Position numbers and translations under genes: made by a program. This document shows positions 1 through 9,100 of a stretch of 27,922 nucleotides of DNA, one piece after another. Within the stretch, counting starts at the first letter, position 1. The number at the start of each line of letters is the position of its first letter. The DNA lies in assembly GCA_043767805.1 (NCBI GenBank), contig JAYUGC010000118.1, positions 1-27,922 on the forward strand, in the 5' to 3' direction. The notes beneath the pieces are model-generated. The model saw only the letters and a program-made list of their open reading frames with translations. It was not told the origin of the DNA and did no database searches. The DNA is from Pseudomonadota bacterium. Lineage in GTDB: Bacteria; Bdellovibrionota; FAC87; UBA2466.

Positions 1-1
1 A

Positions 2-70
2 AAACAGCTCACCGAAGATATCCACCAAGGCAAAGCCCCCTACACCCCGGCATCCCTCACCACTCATTAA
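2..70 (+). CDS. Probable 3' end of a CDS entering from the left edge (KQLTEDIHQGKAPYTPASLTTH*), product unknown
   Basis: Frame 2 is open from the window edge to TAA at 68-70 and converges on the GT2 gene; too short to identify. Confidence 0.3.
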   Translation, partial: KQLTEDIHQGKAPYTPASLTTH

Positions 71-210
71 CGGCATGCGGGGCAGGTCGACGATTTACCG
101 CTATACGACGTACACCAAGCAGATAATGAGTTTGAGTCATAACCCCGCCTGGGCTTCCCATTCGGAAAGTCTTTCCTTAGGCGGGATTTGCGCCTCGATC
201 CTTCCTAAAT

Positions 211-966
211 TCAAATAAATTGGCGGAAGAGAAACCAGCCCGTATCGAGGAAGTTGCGCCAGGTAAGGGCGCGGGACTTGCGGCCCGGCCGCGCCTGAAT
301 GGGAATGCCTACCTCTAGATAGCTGTAGCCCTTCTTCAAGAGCTGTAGAACCAGGTCCGCCTGATAGCCGAAGCCCTTCGTACGCAGCTTGCACTGACGG
401 AGCAGCGCTACCTTATGAAGGACGGTCCCGTTGTAGTACTTGAGCTTGCGGCGGGAAGCTACATTCAGAATAAAAGTGAAAATACCTGAGAGACCTTGGC
501 GAAGCGCAGGACGAACTTCGGGATTTTGGGTGAAGGGCACGATGAGGTCCGCTTCTCCCGCCAATTTAAAAATCCGGTCGAGACCACGAGGATCGTTCTC
601 GTTATCTCCGGGAGTGAGAATCAAATACGATTTCGTCGCGTACTCGATGGCCTCGGCATAACAGGTGCCCACGTTTCTAGGTGTCTCGTGGTGAAACACC
701 CAGATGCGTGGGTTCTCGTGGGACAGACGTTCCGCGATGGCTCCCGTTCGATCGGTGCTGCCATCGTTAAAAATCAAAATCTCCCAATCAGAGAAATGCC
801 GAGCAGCCATCTCAACCGCGCCTTGCACCGCTGCTTCGAGGTTCTGCTCCTCGTTAAGCGCTGGGATGCAAATCGTGACTCCGAATGTCTCTGCCTTGGC
901 GTCGATTGCGATCCTCCTTTCCTTCCAGGAAAAGCTCCACTTGCGTACCGGTGCGCGCGCGGACAT
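211..966 (-). CDS. Glycosyltransferase family 2, DPM1/polyprenol-phosphate glycosyltransferase-like; true start uncertain (ATG 966 or ATC 906)
   Basis: GT-A motifs ICIPALNEE, ILIFNDGSTDRT, TPGDNEND, GFGYQADL, EVGIPIQARPGRKS. Confidence 0.88.
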   Translation of the reverse strand: MSARAPVRKWSFSWKERRIAIDAKAETFGVTICIPALNEEQNLEAAVQGAVEMAARHFSDWEILIFNDGSTDRTGAIAERLSHENPRIWVFHHETPRNVGTCYAEAIEYATKSYLILTPGDNENDPRGLDRIFKLAGEADLIVPFTQNPEVRPALRQGLSGIFTFILNVASRRKLKYYNGTVLHKVALLRQCKLRTKGFGYQADLVLQLLKKGYSYLEVGIPIQARPGRKSRALTWRNFLDTGWFLFRQFI

Positions 967-1576
967 TTCTTTCGAGCGAGAGGAGCAGCATGAAAAAATT
1001 AGGGGGCGCCGGATGATGATCTCCGAAGCTAATGAGCCAGCGGTCGTTTCCAGGCGCGAGGAAAAGATCGACGGGAGGGCCCGCGTAGCCCAAGTCTTTC
1101 AATTCCGTGTTCAAGGAAGCGAGCAGAATTTCTTTTCGCGCCTCCATCGGTTTTGCTTTCCAGGAAGCAGCGACGGGCGGTGTCCAAGGACGCCGGAGAT
1201 CGCTCTTAGGAAAGCGGCGGACGAGCTCAATCAGTTCCAAGAAAACGGGATCGGCGTTCTCGGGTGTCACCAGCCCCGCGACGGGCGGCGCTTCCTCGGG
1301 ATCGCGTAAGCGATATTCCAAAGTCAGGGGTCCGTGCCCTCTGGCTTCCTCCAGAGGCATGCCATCGATGAGCTGGCAGAAAGCTTCAAGCACGAGCTCG
1401 AGATCTCCGCTCGCCCGATCGTGGCGCGCCTCCAGAATGAGGCCGTCCTCCGAAACGCGAAGCGCGAGACTTGCTTGATCCGTAACCGCTACTTGCCAAG
1501 AGGGTCCTTCGGCAAATCCTCGCCGCCGGATCTTACTTTGAAAGGGGGCTAACTTGGTCTGATAGCAACGGTGCAT
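854..1576 (-). CDS. Hypothetical protein, possibly degenerate NifU/IscU-like scaffold
   Basis: 240-aa ORF starting 2 bp after the upstream stop; FCQLIDGMPLEEA resembles the IscU/SufU 'elikGktleEA' helix, but the canonical three Cys are not present. Confidence 0.65.
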   Translation of the reverse strand: MHRCYQTKLAPFQSKIRRRGFAEGPSWQVAVTDQASLALRVSEDGLILEARHDRASGDLELVLEAFCQLIDGMPLEEARGHGPLTLEYRLRDPEEAPPVAGLVTPENADPVFLELIELVRRFPKSDLRRPWTPPVAASWKAKPMEARKEILLASLNTELKDLGYAGPPVDLFLAPGNDRWLISFGDHHPAPPNFFMLLLSLERNVRARTGTQVELFLEGKEDRNRRQGRDIRSHDLHPSA

Positions 1577-1578
1577 CT

Positions 1579-1905
1579 TCAGCCGAAATTAACCGTGAGG
1601 CGAGTCCCCTCGGGCGAAGTGGCCACCCGGACTTCGCCGAAAGCGCGCAGTTCCGCGGTCAAGGCGGAAACGTTCAGGTCGCCTAGGGACTCGAACGTAA
1701 GATCCAAACCGAGTTCGTCCAGGCCCGCGTCTTTCGCGGCTTCGAAAATGCCGACGACGCTGCGCCGCGGATCGGTGTCGTAAACCCAGGCCTCCAAAAA
1801 ATCGGGCCCGCTCTTGAAGCTTCTGAGCTGGGTGGAAAGGCCTGCCTCGTAACTCTCGACGAGGGTTTCGTAGTTAAGGCGGATACGTCTCGTGGTAATC
1901 TCCAT
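1579..1905 (-). CDS. Hypothetical protein, first gene of the divergent minus-strand operon
   Basis: 108-aa ORF with globular-looking composition, coupled to the next gene via TGA-ag-ATG. Confidence 0.7.
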   Translation of the reverse strand: MEITTRRIRLNYETLVESYEAGLSTQLRSFKSGPDFLEAWVYDTDPRRSVVGIFEAAKDAGLDELGLDLTFESLGDLNVSALTAELRAFGEVRVATSPEGTRLTVNFG

Positions 1906-1914
1906 TTGAAGCCC

Positions 1915-1943
1915 AGTGTAGCCGGTTCTTTAATGCCGGTCAT
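1915..1943 (-). promoter_or_regulatory. Putative sigma70 promoter ATGACC-N17-TACACT for the 1905 operon
   Basis: -35 at 1943-1938, -10 at 1920-1915, 17-bp spacer; 9 nt between the -10 box and the ATG. Confidence 0.35.
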
Positions 1944-1973
1944 CCATTTGCCAGTTTTCTATAGAGAAGACCC

Positions 1974-3095
1974 ATGGGATTTGCCCACGAAGCGACGGAA
2001 CTGATTCTCGACGGCACTAAAGTCGCCTGGCACCAGGAAAGGGTGGCGGCTTGGCGCCGCGGAGAGCGCATTGCGCCCGTGACGATCGACATGGCGCTCA
2101 CTCGCGCCTGTAATTTTGCCTGTAAATATTGCTATGCCATGATGCAGGAGAATGAGCGCGCGGTGATCACGCGCGATGTGATTCGCTCGTTTCTGGAAGA
2201 TTGCGCCGAAGTGGGAGTGAAGGCGATTAGCCTTGTTTCCGACGGAGAAAGCACGCTTTCCCCCGTTTTCATCGAGACGATTCAGTACGGCGCGAGCCTT
2301 GGCCTGGACATGGCGGTCGGCACCAACGCGTTCGTGCTAAATGAGCGCAAACTTTTGGACATCCTCCCGCACCTCACCTATCTGCGCGTGAACATCACCG
2401 CGGGTGAGGCCGAACGTTACTCCGAGATCATGGGCGTGAAGCGGGAATGGTTCGATAAGGTGTGTGAGAACGTCGCCACCATGACCCGGATAAAGCGGGA
2501 AATGGGGCTCGGCGTTACGATCGGCCTGCAGATGGTTTTGATGCCCGAGTACGAGGATCAAATCCTTCCGCTCGCGGAATTAGGCAAAGAGCTCCGCCCC
2601 GATTACCTCGTCATCAAACACTGCAGCGATGACGAGCACGGCACGCTGGGTGTGGATTATTCCGGTTACGGCAAGCTGCACGATAAGCTGCGTCAGGCCG
2701 AGGCGCTCTCCGACGAGACTTATAAGGTCCGCGTCAAATGGTCCAAGATTCTCCAAGAAGGTAAGCGAGGCTACCAGCGTTGCTACGGGGCCCCCTTCAT
2801 CCTGCAAATTTCCGGCTCGGGACTTGTGGCTCCGTGCGGCATGCTCTTCAACGACAGCTACAAGAAATTTCACATTGGCAATATCGTCACCCACCGTTTT
2901 CGCGACCTGGTGAAGGGGGAACGGTACTGGGAAGTGATGAACTACCTCGCGTCCCCTGAGTTCAACGCCCAGAAGATGTGCGGGTCTCTTTGTCTCCAGC
3001 ACAAAGTGAATGAGTACCTCGACGGCGTTCAAAAGGGAGACGTCGTTTCCGAAGCTCCCGGAGGGCCTTCCCCCGCTCATTTAAATTTCATTTGA
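1974..3095 (+). CDS. Radical SAM enzyme with C-terminal SPASM/twitch-like auxiliary Fe-S domain
   Basis: CxxxCxxC (CNFACKYC), SDGES and GTNA core motifs; C-terminal CYGAPF..GLVAPC..IGNI..CGSLC. Confidence 0.93.
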   Translation: MGFAHEATELILDGTKVAWHQERVAAWRRGERIAPVTIDMALTRACNFACKYCYAMMQENERAVITRDVIRSFLEDCAEVGVKAISLVSDGESTLSPVFIETIQYGASLGLDMAVGTNAFVLNERKLLDILPHLTYLRVNITAGEAERYSEIMGVKREWFDKVCENVATMTRIKREMGLGVTIGLQMVLMPEYEDQILPLAELGKELRPDYLVIKHCSDDEHGTLGVDYSGYGKLHDKLRQAEALSDETYKVRVKWSKILQEGKRGYQRCYGAPFILQISGSGLVAPCGMLFNDSYKKFHIGNIVTHRFRDLVKGERYWEVMNYLASPEFNAQKMCGSLCLQHKVNEYLDGVQKGDVVSEAPGGPSPAHLNFI

Positions 3096-3196
3096 AGCGC
3101 CGCGTCTTCTCTTAGTTTTCGGATGCGCTTCCTTGTCTCCTGCAATAGGATTTAGCCATTCTTCTTATTTTGGTTTCAGGGGGTTAACGAATCCGC

Positions 3197-6166
3197 ATGC
3201 GTATTTCTCCGAAGGTAAGCCGGGCCATTCTCTATTCCCTTATTTTCACTTCCGGAATCTCCGGACTCATTTACCAAGTGGCTTGGCATAAGTACCTGGC
3301 CATCCTGCTCGGCGCTCAGGCGCGCGCCACCGCGGTGGTCCTCGGCATTTTCTTAGGCGGCATCAGCCTCGGTTACTGGATGTTCGGTAAGTGGACGCGG
3401 TGGAAGCGCTGGAACCTACTCTTGGTTTATTGTTTAGTCGAAGTGGCGCTCGGATTCTGGGGCTTCGCTTTCCCCTATATGTTTCAGGGCGCGATGGCGC
3501 TCGTACCGAAGCTTTATTCCGTTTTCGGCCTGACCAATATCGTGACCGACATCGTTTTGTCGGCGGCGCTCATTGGCGTACCGACGTTCTTGATGGGCGG
3601 CACTTTGCCGCTTCTCACCCAAGGCCTGAGCGAAGGAATCGATGAAGCGAGCAAGACTCATGCGCGGATTTACGGATTCAATACCATCGGCGCTTGTTTG
3701 GGATGTTTGCTCGCGGGCTACATTCTCATCCCTCAGACGAACCTCGGGCTGACGGTCACGTTCGCGGGGCTCTTGAACGTTACCGTTGGGCTGGTTTGCT
3801 ATTTCCTCTTCGCCCGTTGGGCAAGCCCGCAGGAAGTCGCGCCGCCCTCGGAAGCCGATCGCGCGGGGTCTTTTACTCCCACTCAAATCACGCTCCTCAT
3901 CGTGGGCTTTTTCTCCGGCTTTTACATCATCAGCCTCGAGACGGTCTTCATTCGCATGATGGGACTGTCGACGGGAGCCTCCAACTATAATTTCACGCTC
4001 GTAGTCGCGATTTTCATCTTCGGTCTCGGGATGGGAAGTCTCATCGTCCGGGACATCGGGAAGTACACGGTCTCCCGCCTTTTCTGGAACCAAATTTGGG
4101 TCGCCGCCGGTTTGCTCCTGCTCTACGTCTCGGGAGATTACTGGTCTTACTGGGTGCATATGCTGCGCGCTTCGATGCGCGACATTCCGCAAAATTTCTA
4201 TTTCTTCCAGTTCCTCCTGGGCATTGGTTTCTTTACCCTCTTGTCGATACCCATCGGGCTTTGCGGATTGACGCTCCCTCTGTGTTTCCATCTGATGAAG
4301 GACACCAGAGAGGGCTTGGGTCAGCGAGTCGGGCAGCTTTACGGCTTAAATACCGTGGGCAGCGTACTCGGCGCGATCATCGGCGGTTATCTCATTCTCG
4401 ATTTCATCGACCTCGATCATCTCTTCAAGCTCTGCGTACTCATGGCGTCGGTAACCGCGGTAGCGGCCGGCATGATGTACGTCCAAGTCATGAAGCCGAG
4501 AAAGAGCACGAAAACGTGGGCGATGGCTCTAGGCTTGGCGACGCTAATCGGGACGATTGTAGCGCCGGAATATACGCACGAGCGATGGATTCAGCCTTTC
4601 CGCCATCCCGCTCCGACGGAAGCGACTTACAAGGGCGCTCAAGCGTTTGGGGAGTTCCTGACTCGTCACACGAAAATTCTGCAATGGGACGACGGCCCGA
4701 ATACCTCCCTGGGAGTCGGCGCGAGCTTATTTAGCGGCAAGGAAGTCTCTCGCTCGGTTTTCGTCAACGCCAAGTCGGACGGCAACACCCGCGGCGACTA
4801 TTTCACGACGGTACTGCTGGCCCATCTTCCCGCGCTGCTGGCTCAAAATCCGAAGGAAGCCTGCGTGATTGGGTTCGGCACGGGTATCACCATTGGTACG
4901 CTGACGCTCTATCCCGAAGTGCAGAACATCAACGTGGTGGAAATCTCCAACACCATCATCAATAACCGGCACTATTTCGATCCGTACAACCATGAAGTGT
5001 CTCGAAATCCCAAGGTGCACATCAATGAGATGGATGCCTTCCGGTATCTTGGTGGGACCGAAAAGAAGTTCGATATCGTAATCAGCGAGCCGAGTAATCC
5101 CTGGGTCGCCGGCATCGAGAATCTCTACAGTCTCGAGTTCTATCGCACGGCTAAAGCCAAGTTGAACCCGAAGGGAGTGTTCTCTCAGTGGATTCACACC
5201 TATTCCTTCAACGACCAGCTTCTGCAAATGGTCATGCACACCATGGCGGAAGTCTTCCCCAATATCTCCGTGTACCAGCTGAAGGGGGGGGACTTGGCCC
5301 TCATTGGCACGGTGGAGCCGATCACTAAGGAGGACCTCGCTCGCGCCGCCGTTCGCATGAATTCGAGCCCTGCTTTGAAAAAGGATTTCGAAGGATCGGG
5401 CTTGGACCGGCTCGAGACCGTGTTGGCTCTCGAAATCGTTCCGGCACCCATCGCCAAAGCCATTTCCTTGGGAGGCGAGTTCCATCGTCTCGAAAGTCCT
5501 CGGCTCAGTAACGAAGCGGCTAAGGCCTTCTTCTCCGGCGACGGAGCGAACATTCAGGCGACCCGGCGAAAATATAAAGAGTATTTCCCGGCGATCGAGG
5601 CGTCGCTGCTCTCTCTCTATCTCGGTGAGAAACCGATCAGCCCTGAAGCTCTGGAAAGCTTCAAGAAAGCCTTCTGTGAGAGCGAGCAAAGCAAGATCCG
5701 CTACCTCTGCGAAGAGACCTTGGTGCTGACCCGGTTCCAACAGCCCAAGTACGATCCTAGCGGCCAGATGAAAGACATTATTCCCGCGCGGGAGCTAGCG
5801 AGCGTGAACGAGTTCCACGAGCCGCCGAAGAAGCGGTTCGGTGTCGACGATTTGCAAGAGATCAACAACCTCTTCAATCTCTATAAAAAGTTCGCGTCCC
5901 CCATCGCTCGTTTGCCGGTGAGTCATCTCACCACCAACGTGGATTATTGTTTGCGCACTACGGCGCTCACGGAAGAACTTTATGGGGAGTGCTTACTACA
6001 GAAGATTCTTATTCTGGAAACGGCTCACCTCCCCGGCCCGAATTTGAGCTCTTCCATCCAGCAGTACCTGGAGTGGTTCCCGTCGCTTGCGAAAACCAGC
6101 ACAAATTACGGGAAGCTTCTCGAGGCGAAGAACATTTTGGCTAAGATGGCCAGTCTTCGCCCGTAA
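3197..6166 (+). CDS. Fused MFS-like membrane domain / spermidine-synthase-like class I SAM-dependent domain, paralog 1
   Basis: About 13 hydrophobic segments with internal repeat (IYGFNTIG/LYGLNTVG), then VIGFGTG, VVEIS, DAFRYL, FDIVISEPSNPW..LYSLEFY. Confidence 0.88.
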   Translation: MRISPKVSRAILYSLIFTSGISGLIYQVAWHKYLAILLGAQARATAVVLGIFLGGISLGYWMFGKWTRWKRWNLLLVYCLVEVALGFWGFAFPYMFQGAMALVPKLYSVFGLTNIVTDIVLSAALIGVPTFLMGGTLPLLTQGLSEGIDEASKTHARIYGFNTIGACLGCLLAGYILIPQTNLGLTVTFAGLLNVTVGLVCYFLFARWASPQEVAPPSEADRAGSFTPTQITLLIVGFFSGFYIISLETVFIRMMGLSTGASNYNFTLVVAIFIFGLGMGSLIVRDIGKYTVSRLFWNQIWVAAGLLLLYVSGDYWSYWVHMLRASMRDIPQNFYFFQFLLGIGFFTLLSIPIGLCGLTLPLCFHLMKDTREGLGQRVGQLYGLNTVGSVLGAIIGGYLILDFIDLDHLFKLCVLMASVTAVAAGMMYVQVMKPRKSTKTWAMALGLATLIGTIVAPEYTHERWIQPFRHPAPTEATYKGAQAFGEFLTRHTKILQWDDGPNTSLGVGASLFSGKEVSRSVFVNAKSDGNTRGDYFTTVLLAHLPALLAQNPKEACVIGFGTGITIGTLTLYPEVQNINVVEISNTIINNRHYFDPYNHEVSRNPKVHINEMDAFRYLGGTEKKFDIVISEPSNPWVAGIENLYSLEFYRTAKAKLNPKGVFSQWIHTYSFNDQLLQMVMHTMAEVFPNISVYQLKGGDLALIGTVEPITKEDLARAAVRMNSSPALKKDFEGSGLDRLETVLALEIVPAPIAKAISLGGEFHRLESPRLSNEAAKAFFSGDGANIQATRRKYKEYFPAIEASLLSLYLGEKPISPEALESFKKAFCESEQSKIRYLCEETLVLTRFQQPKYDPSGQMKDIIPARELASVNEFHEPPKKRFGVDDLQEINNLFNLYKKFASPIARLPVSHLTTNVDYCLRTTALTEELYGECLLQKILILETAHLPGPNLSSSIQQYLEWFPSLAKTSTNYGKLLEAKNILAKMASLRP

Positions 6167-6197
6167 AACCGGATTCGGATTTAGGTAGCGAGGATAC

Positions 6198-9100
6198 ATG
6201 CAGGATTACCGATCCCAGGGATGGTCGAGCCTTCTGAAAAGGGAAAGCTCGGTAGGCCCGCTTCCTCCGGCAGTTAGCCGCGGGCTTCTCTTTGCCATGG
6301 TCTTCGCTTCCGGCGCGGCCGGGCTGATCTATCAGGTGGTGTGGCACCGCTACTTGACCATTCTGCTGGGAGCACAGGCACGCGCCACCGCCGTGGTGCT
6401 GGCGATTTTTCTGGGGGGTATCAGCTCGGGCTACCTCGTTTTCGGGCGATGGACGCGGTGGAAAAAGTGGAACTTGCTCAAAGTCTACGCGCTCGTGGAG
6501 CTCGGTCTGGCCATTTGGGCCTTCTTTTTCCCTTTCGCGTTCGGTCTCGCGTTTCCGCTGACGTCCAAGCTCTATTCCTGGTTTGGCGTACAGAGTCTCG
6601 CTATCGACGTCCTGGTTTCGGTACTACTGATTGGGTTCCCGACGTTTTTGATGGGGGGCACTTTGCCGCTACTCACGCAAGGTCTCGCGAGAGACCTGGA
6701 CGAAGCGAGCCAGGTTCACGCTCGCATCTATGGATTTAACACCGTAGGGGCCTGCTTCGGATCCCTGCTTGCGGGTTATCTCTTGATTCCTAATTTCGGG
6801 CTTCCCACCACGGGCGCTCTAGCCGGCACGGTCAACTTACTCATCGCCGGGCTCGCTTACGCCTTCTATGCGCGTTTCTCCCAGGAGAGTAAGGGAGACG
6901 AATCGCAGCCGGTCGACTTTCAAGCGAAACCGATGAGCCTTCATACGGGTATCTTGTTCGCCATCGGCTTTTGCTCAGGGTTCTACGTCCTCTGTCTGGA
7001 AACCGTGCTGATTCGGATCGTGGGTCTCTCCACGGGGGCTTCCGATTACAATTTCACGCTCATCGTATCTTTGTTCGTCTTCGGTTTAGGCTTCGGGAGC
7101 TTACTCGCGCGCCGGATCGGCAGGTACACCGAAGCGCATCTCTTCTGGAATCAGCTGGCCGTTTCTTCGCTGCTGCTTCTCGTCTATGTCAGCGCGAATC
7201 GTTGGCCGTATTGGGCCCATCTCACCCGCATCATCTTCCGGGATAGAATTGAGAACTTCTATTACTATCAAGGCGCCCTGGGTCTGCTGTTTTTCTGCGT
7301 GCTCGTCGTTCCGGTAAGTGTGTGCGGGTTTGTGCTCCCGCTTTGCTTTCACCTCCTGAAAGATCGGCAGGAGACCCTTGGTTTTCGCGTTGGGCAGCTC
7401 TACGGGCTGAACACGGTGGGAAGCGTATTGGGCGCCATTGTGGGCGGTTACCTTTTCCTTTATTTTATCAATTTGGATCATCTCTTCAAGGTTTGTATCG
7501 GCATCACTTTGCTGATGCTGGCCCTGTCGGCCTATTCCTATTGGACGCTGCGCAAGCCGTCGAAACTAGTCTTCGGCACGGGAATGGGAATCGCGGGCTT
7601 CGTTCTGATTGCGCTCTTCGTGGTTCCGCCCCACGATAAAGAAAATTATCTCCAGCCGTTTCGTCAGCAAGAGCCGATGGCTCAGAGCTACTTGGGCACG
7701 GAAGCCTTTCGACAGTTTTTGGGCTCGGCTTCCCAGATCGTCTTTTATAAGGATGGCCCCAACTCGACGGTCATCATCGGGGCTCAATCCCGAGGAGGCG
7801 AGGAGTTTTCCCGGACGATTTTCATGAACGGAAAGTCGGACGGAAACACCGAGGGCGACTTTCATACCATGAGTCTCACGGGCCATATTCCTGCGCTTCT
7901 TGCCCGAAAGCTCGATAGGGTGGCGGTCATTGGTTTCGGAACCGGAATCACGGCGGGAGCCATCTTGAGTTACGAGGATGTCCGCCGCATGGACATCATC
8001 GAGATTTCAGAAACGCTCATTCGCAACGCGCATTACTTCGATCGTTATAACGGCGGGGTCTCCGTTCACCCCAAGGCGCATTTCCATCAGATGGACGCGT
8101 TCCGTTTCTTGGGAGGCGCGGATCATAAATATGATTTGGTGGTGAGCGAGCCAAGTAACCCCTGGGTGAGTGGCGTTGAGAATCTCTACACCCAGGAATT
8201 TTACGACATTGCGAAGAAGAAGCTGAACCCGGAAGGGCTCTATGTGCAATGGGTTCAGGGCTATGCGTTCGAGGACAAGCTCACGCGCATGGTGCTGAAA
8301 ACCATGTCGTCTAAGTTCAAGTACGTTTCCGTCTTTCAGATGATGACCTCGGATTTTGCGATCGTCGCTTCCGATAAGCCCATCGAGTACGAGGATCTCG
8401 TCCGATCGGCGGAAAGATTCAAGAGAAACAAGAACGCCCAAGTTGGCCTTGCCCGCAGCGGCATCCGCCGGTTCGAGACGGTGCTCGCTCATGAAGTGAT
8501 CCCTTCGTCTTTGGTGCCGGCGATAACCGAGGGCTTGGAGCCGATCGAGCTGGAAAATCCGGTCCTGAGCCATGAGGCCACGAAGGCCTTTTTCGTGCGA
8601 GACGTGGTCGAAATCGACAGGCTACGGCGCTACTATAAAGAGTATTACCCTTCGGCGAATACCTTCCTCTTGAAGAAGTATCTCTCGGAGGGAACCTTCT
8701 CTCCGGATCTCATCGAAAGTTTTCGCTACACCTTTTGCGAGAACTTGGTGGGCAAGAATACCCGGCTTTGCGTGGAGACGTTCCTGATGGAGCAGATTTA
8801 CGGCAAAGAAGCTCGCGGAGTGGCCTCTTACCCGCTGGTTATTCCTGAATCGGAGAAGCGGCAGATCGCAGATCTCATCAAGCCGGTGAAGCCTTCGGGA
8901 CCGTTCACCGTCCTGGAACTTCAGGAAGTCGGCCTGACCTTCAATACTTTCAAGAAGTACTATTCACCCTTGGCGAACTTTTCATTCAGCCCGCTGCTGG
9001 CCCAAACGGATTATTGTTTGAGCAAGACCAAGCGAAGTGAAGATTTGTATGGCGACTGCCTCTTGCAGAAGGCCGCCATCATCGAGGTAGTGGATCCGCG

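Noticed and set aside
1..210. Possible mobile-element end or attC-like site (GCGGGG..CCCCGC arms; KQLT resembles some IS1595 transposase tails)
   Set aside because: No proper RYYYAAC/GTTRRRY pair, no second terminal repeat or transposase visible; too little sequence
3094..3135. GAAGCGC..GCGCTTC arms after the radical SAM stop as a terminator
   Set aside because: Large loop and no clear U-tract; not supportable
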